A stretch of DNA of 10,814 nt, taken from positions 1 through 10,814 of the forward strand of contig JBHIAT010000128.1 in assembly GCA_046758705.1 (NCBI GenBank), given 5' to 3'. A program made the translations under genes and the position numbers. Origin of the DNA: Candidatus Bipolaricaulia bacterium. GTDB taxonomy: Bacteria; Bipolaricaulota; Bipolaricaulia; JBHIAT01. The notes under the pieces were generated by a model. The model was not told where the DNA came from, made no database searches, and was given only the letters and a program-made list of their open reading frames with translations. Shown in pieces: positions 1-7,953 of the stretch (its first letter is position 1; every line of letters starts with the position of its first letter).

Positions 1-2
1 AC

Positions 3-1073
3 CTGGTAAATTTGCATAAAGAGAGCACCTCTTTTCTCTTCGTTAGCTCACTTAACGAGGCACTGTTTCAGGCAGAAGAAAATTGGAAGAAAATCGTGAT
101 CCCGTTTCACTTAGATAACAGGTTACTTCGACCTTTCCGCGAACAATTTGTGATCCCATACTATGCGCGAAAGTATAAGATTGATATCTTGTTTTCCTCG
201 GGTAATGTGACCACCCTGTTTCCCGGCTGCCATCAAGTACTCACAGTTCAGGGTTCTCTTGTGATTAGGAAATTGCGACAGCAGTATGCCCCTCGAGAGA
301 TTCCCAAACTCCAAGCGCTATATTACGACCTTATGCTCCCCTTATCAGTGAAACGTGCAGACAGGGTCATCGCGGTCTCCCAGGACATCAAGCAATGGTT
401 GCTACAGCAAGTGGACATTCCAGCCTCCAAAGTAACAGTTATATATGAGGGAGTGGACCGCGATCTTTTCCATCCTGAAACCCGCACTGAAATCTCAAAT
501 ACCAACCAGCCGTTTATCTTGTTTGTAAGCACGCTCTTCCGCTATAAAAACGCCGACAAACTTATCCAAGCTTTCTCAGTCTTAAAGCGAACTCATAAGA
601 TTCCCCACAACTTAGTGATCGTAGGACGAGATCCGGATGATCAGATGGACCGGCTAAAGAAACTAGCGAAAGACTCAGGCAGCATGAATAGTGTCCACTT
701 TATGGGAAAAATACCTTATGAGGAAGTGAACAACTTGCATCGAAATGCCGATGTGTTTGTGCATCCTTCCACATTGGAAAGCTTTGGACTGCCTGTGTTG
801 GAAGCAATGGCCTGTGGCGCACCCGTCATTGGATCAAATCGGTGTTCTGTGCCTGAGATCATCGGAGATGCTGGCTTGATCGTTGATCCCGATGATATTG
901 AAGAACTAGCCAAGGCAATCTATCGAGTACTGACCGATCAGGAGCTACGCGAGCGTTTGATCCAAAAGGGATATGAGCGAGTGAAGATGTTTACGTGGGA
1001 AAAGGCGGCTGAGGAGATGCTCAAGGTCTTCAAAGAGATCTATCAGGAGAGACGGCATGACCAAAGGCAATAA
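3..1073 (+). CDS. Glycosyltransferase family 4 (GT-B, MtfB/WbaZ-like), 5' truncated by window edge
   Basis: The frame is open to the left edge (CTG GTA AAT precede the TTG at 12), so the true start is probably upstream. GT4 motifs: FVSTLFRYKN, ADVFVHPSTLESFGLPVLEAMACGAPVIGSN (E-x7-E), EIIGDAGLIVDP, FTWEKAA. Confidence 0.92.
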   Translation: MVNLHKESTSFLFVSSLNEALFQAEENWKKIVIPFHLDNRLLRPFREQFVIPYYARKYKIDILFSSGNVTTLFPGCHQVLTVQGSLVIRKLRQQYAPREIPKLQALYYDLMLPLSVKRADRVIAVSQDIKQWLLQQVDIPASKVTVIYEGVDRDLFHPETRTEISNTNQPFILFVSTLFRYKNADKLIQAFSVLKRTHKIPHNLVIVGRDPDDQMDRLKKLAKDSGSMNSVHFMGKIPYEEVNNLHRNADVFVHPSTLESFGLPVLEAMACGAPVIGSNRCSVPEIIGDAGLIVDPDDIEELAKAIYRVLTDQELRERLIQKGYERVKMFTWEKAAEEMLKVFKEIYQERRHDQRQ

Positions 1074-2394
1074 ACGATGGAACATTATCGTCATAACTGT
1101 GGATTCGCTACGGGCCGATGCGATAGGTGGGAGTGAAGGAAGAGATCAAAGCCCGCCATATTTGGAACAGTTCACCCAGCAAGGAATAGTCTTCTCACAA
1201 GCCATCGCTCAAGGACCGTATACGACTGCTTCTATCCCCTCCTTGCTTACTGGCCTTTTCCCCTCCCGGCTGGAGCTGATCCCTTTCCCCGAGATTACCG
1301 GCGTCTTACCGGGCAACGAGCTCACATTAGCAAGTTGGCTCAAGAAAGCAGGATATCATACCGCAGCCTTCCATTCTAGTCCGTTGCTCTCCAGAATCTT
1401 TGGTTACGCCCGGGGGTTTGATGCCTTTTATGATGACCTGCTGGGGCAAAACCTGAGGCTGCCTCCCAAAGCCAAGTTGGCCCTTAACCGACTGCAACGG
1501 GCTTTCAGGGCACAACCCTATCTTCCAGCCAAAACTCTCAACCACAAGGCTCTCGCTTGGCTCGAGGGAGTAAAAGAGCCGTTCTTCCTCTGGCTACACT
1601 ACATGGACACCCACGGCCCCTACCAACACAAGAAGGGATTAAGATATCTCGAAAAAGTTCGAGCCGAACGGCTATGGCGCAAGGCAGCTAAAGAAGGACG
1701 ACCCAAGACTGGGCTGTTAACCGGAGCGGAAGTGGAGGAGCTCCGTGCGGCTTACCGGGAAGAGGTGGCCTACCTTGACCGGCAGTTAGAAATACTCTTC
1801 GAAAGGCTGGACCGGATGGGGCTATTGCAATCCTCACTCATCGTCTTTACATCTGACCACGGTGATGCCTTCGGTGAGCACGGCTTTTTCGTCCACCCTC
1901 ATTATCCCTACGAGGAACTCATCAGAGTTCCTTTGATTATCCGAACTCCTGGGATTGAACCCAAGATCATCGATAAACCTGTCCCGTTGGTCAGCTTGAC
2001 CCCGACCGTTCTGGACTTTACCGGCACTTCAGTGGACACAGCTTTCGATGGTCAGAGCCTTCGGCCCCTCCTCGAAACGGGGGATGACAGTTGCCTCCCT
2101 GAATATATCATCAGCGAGGCCGAGTTTGATCCCTACTACATCGGTGCAATACGCACGGTCGAGTGGAAACTCATTCTCAACGAGGAAGCGGGCACAAAGG
2201 AGCTTTACCACCTGATCGAGGATCCAAACGAGCGACAAAATGTGGTTCAGGACTACCCTAACATCGCTGAAGAACTGGAAACCAAGCTCAGGGATCGTAG
2301 GCATCCAACCCAGAAGTCGGAAGAGATAAGGGAACTGTTAAAGGCAGATCATGAGATCCTCGATAAACGGTTACAAGATTTAGGATACCTGTAA
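1057..2394 (+). CDS. Sulfatase-like hydrolase/transferase (alkaline phosphatase superfamily), Thr at nucleophile position
   Basis: NIIVITVDSLRAD (metal Asp16), GPYTTASIPSLLTG, WLHYMDTHGPY, FTSDHGDAFGEHG, YEELIRVPLII, WKLI, ELYHLIEDPNE, C-terminal LQDLGYL. AGGAG SD at 1045-1049; overlaps the upstream gene by 17 nt. Confidence 0.88.
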   Translation: MTKGNKRWNIIVITVDSLRADAIGGSEGRDQSPPYLEQFTQQGIVFSQAIAQGPYTTASIPSLLTGLFPSRLELIPFPEITGVLPGNELTLASWLKKAGYHTAAFHSSPLLSRIFGYARGFDAFYDDLLGQNLRLPPKAKLALNRLQRAFRAQPYLPAKTLNHKALAWLEGVKEPFFLWLHYMDTHGPYQHKKGLRYLEKVRAERLWRKAAKEGRPKTGLLTGAEVEELRAAYREEVAYLDRQLEILFERLDRMGLLQSSLIVFTSDHGDAFGEHGFFVHPHYPYEELIRVPLIIRTPGIEPKIIDKPVPLVSLTPTVLDFTGTSVDTAFDGQSLRPLLETGDDSCLPEYIISEAEFDPYYIGAIRTVEWKLILNEEAGTKELYHLIEDPNERQNVVQDYPNIAEELETKLRDRRHPTQKSEEIRELLKADHEILDKRLQDLGYL

Positions 2395-2432
2395 GAACCC
2401 AGGATCAGCGTTGTGAAAGGATTGTAATCGGT

Positions 2433-3140
2433 ATGGAAGATAAGAAGACCACAAATTACTTCGACAATTTTACTACACCAGTGTTTCCTGTAGCTAGATA
2501 CAGCCATACTATCGACACAATAAACAGGTATTGTCAGCCAGGAGCGAGTTTAATTGATATTGGCTGCGGTAATGGCAATACCTTGCAATTCATCAGAGAC
2601 AATACTCCCGTTGAGAAACTTGTGGGTATGGATGTAAGCAAGAACTATCTAGCACAAGTCAACGAACGACTCAGATGTGATACAGCGTTGGGTTCGATTC
2701 TTGACAGCCATTGCATCGCCACGATGGGCAACAAATTTGATTTTGCTGTCATGGGAGCTGTATTGCACCATCTCGTCGGTAGAACAAGGAAAGAATCAAG
2801 GCGTCGTGCGAAGCAGGCAATCAAAAATGCTTTACAATTACTTAAAAATGGTGGACACCTCATCATATATGAGCCAGTATTTTATCCTTCTTGGCTAATG
2901 AGTATCGTATTTTACCTGAAAAGCTTCATGACCAGACTAACATCAGGGCGTGCTCAACTATTTGCAAAATGGGCCAACATTGGAATGCCGGTCGTGTCTT
3001 TTTATACGAACGAGCAACTCATCGAAATGATCGATGAAACTGCAAAGGCTGAACTCATAGGTAAAGAGATCAAAGACAGTAGGCAATTAGCGTTCATCAT
3101 ATGCAGGACAAAGACGACATTAGTTATCCGAAAGGTATGA
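2433..3140 (+). CDS. Class I SAM-dependent methyltransferase
   Basis: Motif I LIDIGCGNG, acidic motif VGMDVS, FDFAVMGAVLHHL, LLKNGGHLIIYEP. AAAGGA at 2416-2421 is a possible SD. Substrate unknown. Confidence 0.88.
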   Translation: MEDKKTTNYFDNFTTPVFPVARYSHTIDTINRYCQPGASLIDIGCGNGNTLQFIRDNTPVEKLVGMDVSKNYLAQVNERLRCDTALGSILDSHCIATMGNKFDFAVMGAVLHHLVGRTRKESRRRAKQAIKNALQLLKNGGHLIIYEPVFYPSWLMSIVFYLKSFMTRLTSGRAQLFAKWANIGMPVVSFYTNEQLIEMIDETAKAELIGKEIKDSRQLAFIICRTKTTLVIRKV

Positions 3141-3218
3141 CTATGACTTCGGTCCACTGGGTATAACAGGAGTGAGCTGAGTGCAACTTAAAAATCGTTG
3201 CGGTATTAGAAACTTAGG

Positions 3219-4670
3219 ATGAATATCATTCTTTATGTCCTTGATTCACTGCGAGCGGATCATCTGTCATGCTACGGATATCAACGTGAAACATCTCCCC
3301 ATATAGATCAGATCGCGACAGACGGGGTTCTCTTCAAAAACGCCTTCTCTCAGACGACCTGGACCCGTCCCTCGGCCGCCTCCATCCTAACCTCAACCTA
3401 TCCCAGCGTCAACGGACTCATCTACCGGACCGACTCTTTCCCGTCTCAATTAACCACTCTACCGGAGATGCTCAAGGCGGAAGGATTGCTGACCGCGGGT
3501 GTTTCGACGATAGGAAATGTCTCTTCCGTGTTGGGTTTTGCAAAAGGATTCGATAGATTTGTCGATCTCTATAAACGGAAGGAGCTTTACCGAACGCGAG
3601 ATTTCATTAGCACAGCGAAAGAACGGCTGACCCATGAAGACGTGAACCAGATCGTTCTCCCGCTTGCTGAGGACATGAACGTGGCCGCACTGTCCTGGCT
3701 AGAAGCCCATCGCAAACAGGATCAGTTCCTTTTACTTTGGGCCATTGATACCCATGATCCTTACAATCCTCCTCCAGGCTTCGACAAATTTTGTGATCCT
3801 CACTATCGAGGGAAGATCGATGGAAGCCGAGACAGTTTGCGGCACGCCCGGTCAAAAGAGGACGTCCAGAGGCTCGTTGACCTTTATGACAGCGAGATCT
3901 TCTACAATGATTATTGCATAGGACAGCTCGTTGATCACCTTAAAGAGATTGACGCTTATGAGGATACGCTATTAATCCTCACCAGTGATCACGGTGAAGC
4001 ATTTCACGATGATCATGGCAATGTCGGCCATGGCTACATCCCTTACGAAGAGCTTATCCACGTGCCCCTCATCATCAAATTCCCGAACTCAGAGCATCGG
4101 AAGACGCGGGTATCACAGTTAGTACAGCTTATCGACTTGATGCCCACGATTCTGGAAATTATAGGATTCTCTGGCAAAGACAAGGTCTCCCCAATGCAGG
4201 GGAAAAGCATATTGCCAACACTGGATGGGAAACCAATCCATAAGTATGTTTATTCGGAAACCAGTCCCACAGAGATCCAAGATTACCATCGGTCGATTCG
4301 CAGCACGCATTGGAAATACATCATGACAGAGTCGTCGGGATTACGGTTTCGAGAAGCCATACGCAATTATTGGAAGCTGTTCTCTAACCGTGCTTTTCTG
4401 CGAGAGTTACTGATCAACCCCGTCTACTACCTGCGTAAGCAGTTGGGGGCTGAACCGGAGATGCTATTTAATCTGGTGGAAGACCCTCAGGAACAGTATA
4501 ACGCTAAGGACCAGCACCCAGAAGCTGCCCAGAAATGTCAGGAAGCATTAACACAATGGTGTGAGAAAAATAAAGTATTTTCAAATGAAAATGGCACTTT
4601 CTCGACTGAAACATCGAAAATAGATTTAAAAACAGAACGTCATTTACAAAAACTAGGATATATTGATTGA
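3219..4670 (+). CDS. Sulfatase-like hydrolase/transferase (alkaline phosphatase superfamily), Thr at nucleophile position
   Basis: NIILYVLDSLRADHLSCYGY, TTWTRPSAASILTSTYP, AIDTHDPYNPP, LYDSEIFYND, LTSDHGEAF, YEELIHVPLIIKFP, LIDLMPTIL, LFNLVEDPQE, C-terminal LQKLGYID. Confidence 0.9.
   Translation: MNIILYVLDSLRADHLSCYGYQRETSPHIDQIATDGVLFKNAFSQTTWTRPSAASILTSTYPSVNGLIYRTDSFPSQLTTLPEMLKAEGLLTAGVSTIGNVSSVLGFAKGFDRFVDLYKRKELYRTRDFISTAKERLTHEDVNQIVLPLAEDMNVAALSWLEAHRKQDQFLLLWAIDTHDPYNPPPGFDKFCDPHYRGKIDGSRDSLRHARSKEDVQRLVDLYDSEIFYNDYCIGQLVDHLKEIDAYEDTLLILTSDHGEAFHDDHGNVGHGYIPYEELIHVPLIIKFPNSEHRKTRVSQLVQLIDLMPTILEIIGFSGKDKVSPMQGKSILPTLDGKPIHKYVYSETSPTEIQDYHRSIRSTHWKYIMTESSGLRFREAIRNYWKLFSNRAFLRELLINPVYYLRKQLGAEPEMLFNLVEDPQEQYNAKDQHPEAAQKCQEALTQWCEKNKVFSNENGTFSTETSKIDLKTERHLQKLGYID
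4548..4576 (+). promoter_or_regulatory. Candidate internal sigma70-type promoter upstream of gmd
   Basis: TTAACA (4548-4553) - 17 nt - TAAAGT (4571-4576) at the start of a very AT-rich stretch. Motif match only. Confidence 0.25.
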
Positions 4671-4691
4671 ATTTACATAAGGGGGGACAAG

Positions 4692-5780
4692 ATGGGCAGG
4701 AAGGCGCTGATCACCGGCATCACCGGTCAGGATGGATCCTATCTGGCTGAACTGCTTCTCTCCAAGGGTTATGAGATCCACGGCCTGATTCGCAAGGCCA
4801 GCACGTTCAACACCGATCGCATCGATCATCTCTATCAGGATCCGCATGAGCCTGAGGTGAAGCTGTTTCTGCATTATGGAGACCTCACCAACCTGGAGCA
4901 GCTCTCCAACCTCATCTACAATGTCCAACCCGATGAGATCTACCATCTGGGCGCCATGAGCCACGTCGGCGCCAGCTTCGCGATGCCGGAGTACACCGGG
5001 AATGTGACCGGGCTGGGGACCACCCGGATTCTGGAGGCGGTCCGCAACAGCGGGATTGAGACCCGGTTTTATCAGGCGAGTTCCTCGGAGATGTTCGGGA
5101 ACGTTCCCCCACCGCAGAATGAGACCACCCCGTTTCGACCGCGCAGCCCCTATGCGGCCGCCAAAGCCTACGCCTACTGGATGACGGTCAACTACCGGGA
5201 AGGTTACGACCTGTTTGCATGCAACGGCATTCTGTTCAATCACGAATCGAGCCGGCGGGGTGAGACGTTTGTCACCCGCAAGATCACCCGGGCGGTTGTC
5301 CACATCCTCGCCAGCAACCAGAAAAAACTCTACCTGGGTAATCTGGATTCCAAGCGAGACTGGGGCTATGCTCCAGAGTATGTTGAGGCGATGTGGCTCA
5401 TGCTTCAGCAGGACGAGCCCGATGACTACGTGCTCGGAACCGGAGAGTCCCACTCGGTCCGGGAGTTTGTCGAGGAGGCGTTCGCCTACGTCGATCTGGA
5501 TTGGCAAGAATATGTGGAGATCGATCCCCGCTACTTCCGGCCCACTGAGGCGGGGTTCCTGTGCGCTGACGCTGCTAAGGCCCGGGAGAAGCTGGGTTGG
5601 GAAGCCAAGATTGCCTTCAAGGAATTGGTCAAAATCATGGTCGACGCGGATATGGAAGGCATCGGTCTTGAGCCGGTCGGGGAGGGCAAAACGATCTTAG
5701 AGCGGGAGTTCGGCGACTGGCACCGATGGACCTCCAGCGTGACCGCTGTCTATCAGAACGCCGGTCGGGGGATAGAGTGA
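4692..5780 (+). CDS. gmd: GDP-mannose 4,6-dehydratase
   Basis: [52 protein letters not shown] (YxxxK), [38 protein letters not shown]. Purine-rich SD AAGGGGGG at 4679-4686. Confidence 0.97.
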   Translation: MGRKALITGITGQDGSYLAELLLSKGYEIHGLIRKASTFNTDRIDHLYQDPHEPEVKLFLHYGDLTNLEQLSNLIYNVQPDEIYHLGAMSHVGASFAMPEYTGNVTGLGTTRILEAVRNSGIETRFYQASSSEMFGNVPPPQNETTPFRPRSPYAAAKAYAYWMTVNYREGYDLFACNGILFNHESSRRGETFVTRKITRAVVHILASNQKKLYLGNLDSKRDWGYAPEYVEAMWLMLQQDEPDDYVLGTGESHSVREFVEEAFAYVDLDWQEYVEIDPRYFRPTEAGFLCADAAKAREKLGWEAKIAFKELVKIMVDADMEGIGLEPVGEGKTILEREFGDWHRWTSSVTAVYQNAGRGIE

Positions 5781-5789
5781 ATGAATAGA

Positions 5790-5884
5790 GTTGAGTGGTC
5801 GAGTAGTCAAGTGGGAGGGGTAGTTAAGTGGTTGAGTAGTTAAGTAGGATTATTTTTCCCTACTCAACGACTTAACCACTCAAC
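5790..5884. repeat. Head-to-head array of degenerate 8-bp repeats (GTYRAGTR x6, then reverse complement x3) forming an imperfect hairpin
   Basis: Forward units GTTGAGTG 5790, GTCGAGTA 5798, GTCAAGTG 5806, GTTAAGTG 5823, GTTGAGTA 5831, GTTAAGTA 5839. Inverted units TACTCAAC 5861, GACTTAAC 5869, CACTCAAC 5877. Confidence 0.9.
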
Positions 5885-5904
5885 CTTGCACTACCCAGAG
5901 AATC

Positions 5905-6864
5905 ATGACCTTCTGGACGAACAAACGTCTCACCGTAACCGGTGGAGCTGGATTCTTAGGTTCCTACGCCGTTGAGAAGCTCAAAGAGCGGGGTTGCTCA
6001 ACCATCTTTGTGCCGCGCAGCCACGACTATGATCTTCGAGAGAGAGATGACATCATCCGGATGTATGAGGAGAGCGAACCGGACATCGTCATCCATCTGG
6101 CGGCCGTCGTCGGGGGCATCGGGGCGAATCAGAGATATCCGGGCCGATTCTTCTATGACAACGCCATGATGGGCATCCAGTTGATGGAATACGCCCGACA
6201 GTTCGAGGTCGAAAAATTTGTGGCGATCGGGACGGTCTGTGCTTATCCCAAATATACACCGGTTCCGTTCAAGGAGGAAGATCTGTGGGGCGGCTACCCT
6301 GAGGAGACCAATGCCCCTTACGGCCTGGCGAAGAAGATGTTGTTGGTCCAGGCACAAGCCTACCGGCAGGAGTACAGCTTCAACGCTATCTACCTGTTGC
6401 TGGTAAACCTCTACGGTCCCCGAGATAACTTCGATCCAGAGTATTCCCATGTCATCCCGGCGATCATCAAGAAGTTCGTCGATGCCAAAGCTGAGGGACG
6501 GGATAAGGTGGTCGCCTGGGGCACCGGGGAGGTATCCCGAGAGTTCCTCTACGTAGAGGACGCGGCGGAAGGGATCATTTTAGCAACCGAGCGATACAAC
6601 AAACCGGATCCTGTGAATCTCGGCTCAGGGGAAGAGATCAAGATTAAGGATCTGGTGCATCTGATTGCGGAGCTCACCGGTTTTGACGGGGAGGTGGAGT
6701 GGGACACCTCCCAGCCGGATGGTCAACCCCGCCGACGCTTGGACACCACCCGCGCGAAGCGGGAGTTCGGCTTCGAGGCCAAAGTTCATCTCAGGGACGG
6801 ATTAAAGCGGACTATAGATTGGTATAAACATCAAGTTGTCAAAGATGTACCATCGGAACTGTGA
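5905..6864 (+). CDS. fcl: GDP-L-fucose synthase (GDP-4-keto-6-deoxymannose 3,5-epimerase/4-reductase)
   Basis: [30 protein letters not shown] (catalytic Cys), [13 protein letters not shown] (YxxxK), [15 protein letters not shown] (catalytic His), [22 protein letters not shown]. Directly follows gmd. Confidence 0.95.
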   Translation: MTFWTNKRLTVTGGAGFLGSYAVEKLKERGCSTIFVPRSHDYDLRERDDIIRMYEESEPDIVIHLAAVVGGIGANQRYPGRFFYDNAMMGIQLMEYARQFEVEKFVAIGTVCAYPKYTPVPFKEEDLWGGYPEETNAPYGLAKKMLLVQAQAYRQEYSFNAIYLLLVNLYGPRDNFDPEYSHVIPAIIKKFVDAKAEGRDKVVAWGTGEVSREFLYVEDAAEGIILATERYNKPDPVNLGSGEEIKIKDLVHLIAELTGFDGEVEWDTSQPDGQPRRRLDTTRAKREFGFEAKVHLRDGLKRTIDWYKHQVVKDVPSEL

Positions 6865-6957
6865 TGAAACAGCCGATCATAAAGCGGGCAAGCTGGAGGT
6901 CGCCAAGTATGAATGGCAGCAAATTTGGGCACAATTGTACTAAGAGGTCAATACACG

Positions 6958-7947
6958 ATGGCGAACCATGTCTTGGTCACCGGGGCCGGTGGGTTCATCG
7001 GACACCATTTGGTGAAGTTCCTGGCCGCCAAGGGATATCGGGTCCGGGGGATTGACATTAAGGAGCCCGAGTTTGAGCCCAGCCCAGCCCATGAGTTCGA
7101 GCTCCTCGACTTGCGGCGCTGGGACAACTGCCTGACCGCCACGCATGGCATTGATGAGGTGTACAACCTAGCGGCGGACATGGGTGGAATCGGCTACATC
7201 ACTGCCTACCACGCGGATGTGGCACGCAACAACATCTTGATCAACGCTCATATGTTAGAAGCCAGTCGGATCAATGGGATCTCCCAGTTCTTCTTCTCCT
7301 CTTCTGCGTGCATCTACCCAGTGTACACGCAGAAGAGCCCCGATGTCACCCCACTCAAGGAGGAGGATGCCTATCCGGCTGACCCCGAAGAGGGATATGG
7401 CTGGGAGAAGCTCTACACCGAGAAGCTCTGTCAGTACTACCGGGAAGACTACGGCCTCGAAACCCGAGTGGTACGTCTCCACAACGTCTACGGACCGTTT
7501 GGAACCTATGAAGGAGCCCGAGAGAAGGCACCGGCTGCCATCTGCCGCAAAGTGGCTTTAGCCCAGGATGGTGGCGAGATTGAGGTCTGGGGTGATGGTC
7601 AGCAGACGCGGTCGTTCATGTACATCGATGACTGCGTCGAGGGCATCTATCGTGTGATGCAGTCTGATCATCCTGAATCGCTCAACCTGGGGACAGATCT
7701 ACTGGTGACGATCGATGAACTGGTCGATCTTGTAGCTCAGGTCGCCGGCAAACGGATCCAAAAGCGGCACGATCTCAGCAAGCCACAGGGTGTGCGAGGG
7801 CGAAACAGCGATAATACCCACCTCAGAGAAGTCCTTGACTGGGAGCCCTCCGTTCCTCTGAAGCAAGGCCTGGAGATCACCTACCACTGGATCGAACGCG
7901 AGCTTAGAAAGGCCAGCCGACTGCCTGAGGCTGTGGAAGTGAGCTGA
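6958..7947 (+). CDS. GDP-mannose 3',5'-epimerase-like NAD-dependent epimerase (extended SDR)
   Basis: VTGAGGFIG, NLAADMGGIGYI, SSSACIYP, YGWEKL, HNVYGPFGT, REKAPAAICRK, WGDGQQTRSF, PQGVRGRNSDN, all GME signatures. Start placed at ATG 6958 (SD TAAGAGGT 6941-6948); the in-frame ATG at 6913 is an alternative. Confidence 0.88.
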   Translation: MANHVLVTGAGGFIGHHLVKFLAAKGYRVRGIDIKEPEFEPSPAHEFELLDLRRWDNCLTATHGIDEVYNLAADMGGIGYITAYHADVARNNILINAHMLEASRINGISQFFFSSSACIYPVYTQKSPDVTPLKEEDAYPADPEEGYGWEKLYTEKLCQYYREDYGLETRVVRLHNVYGPFGTYEGAREKAPAAICRKVALAQDGGEIEVWGDGQQTRSFMYIDDCVEGIYRVMQSDHPESLNLGTDLLVTIDELVDLVAQVAGKRIQKRHDLSKPQGVRGRNSDNTHLREVLDWEPSVPLKQGLEITYHWIERELRKASRLPEAVEVS

Positions 7948-7953
7948 GCACCG

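Noticed and set aside
1057..4670. Annotation as genuine arylsulfatases, or as a recent tandem duplication
   Set aside because: Neither has the C/S-x-P-x-R motif and no maturase or sulfotransferase is in the window. The two genes share only motif-level similarity with diverged codons.
4653..5507. 284-aa minus-strand ORF
   Set aside because: Antisense shadow of the GC-rich, highly conserved gmd gene; no recognisable motifs.
5215..5700. 161-aa alternate-frame + strand ORF, and the other short ORFs nested in the main genes
   Set aside because: Ser/Arg/Pro-rich off-frame translations lying within well-supported CDSs; expected in GC-rich coding DNA.
5790..5884. Repeat arrays (also 10385-10491) as CRISPR arrays
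   Set aside because: Units are 7-8 bp, contiguous, without unique spacers, and no cas genes are present.
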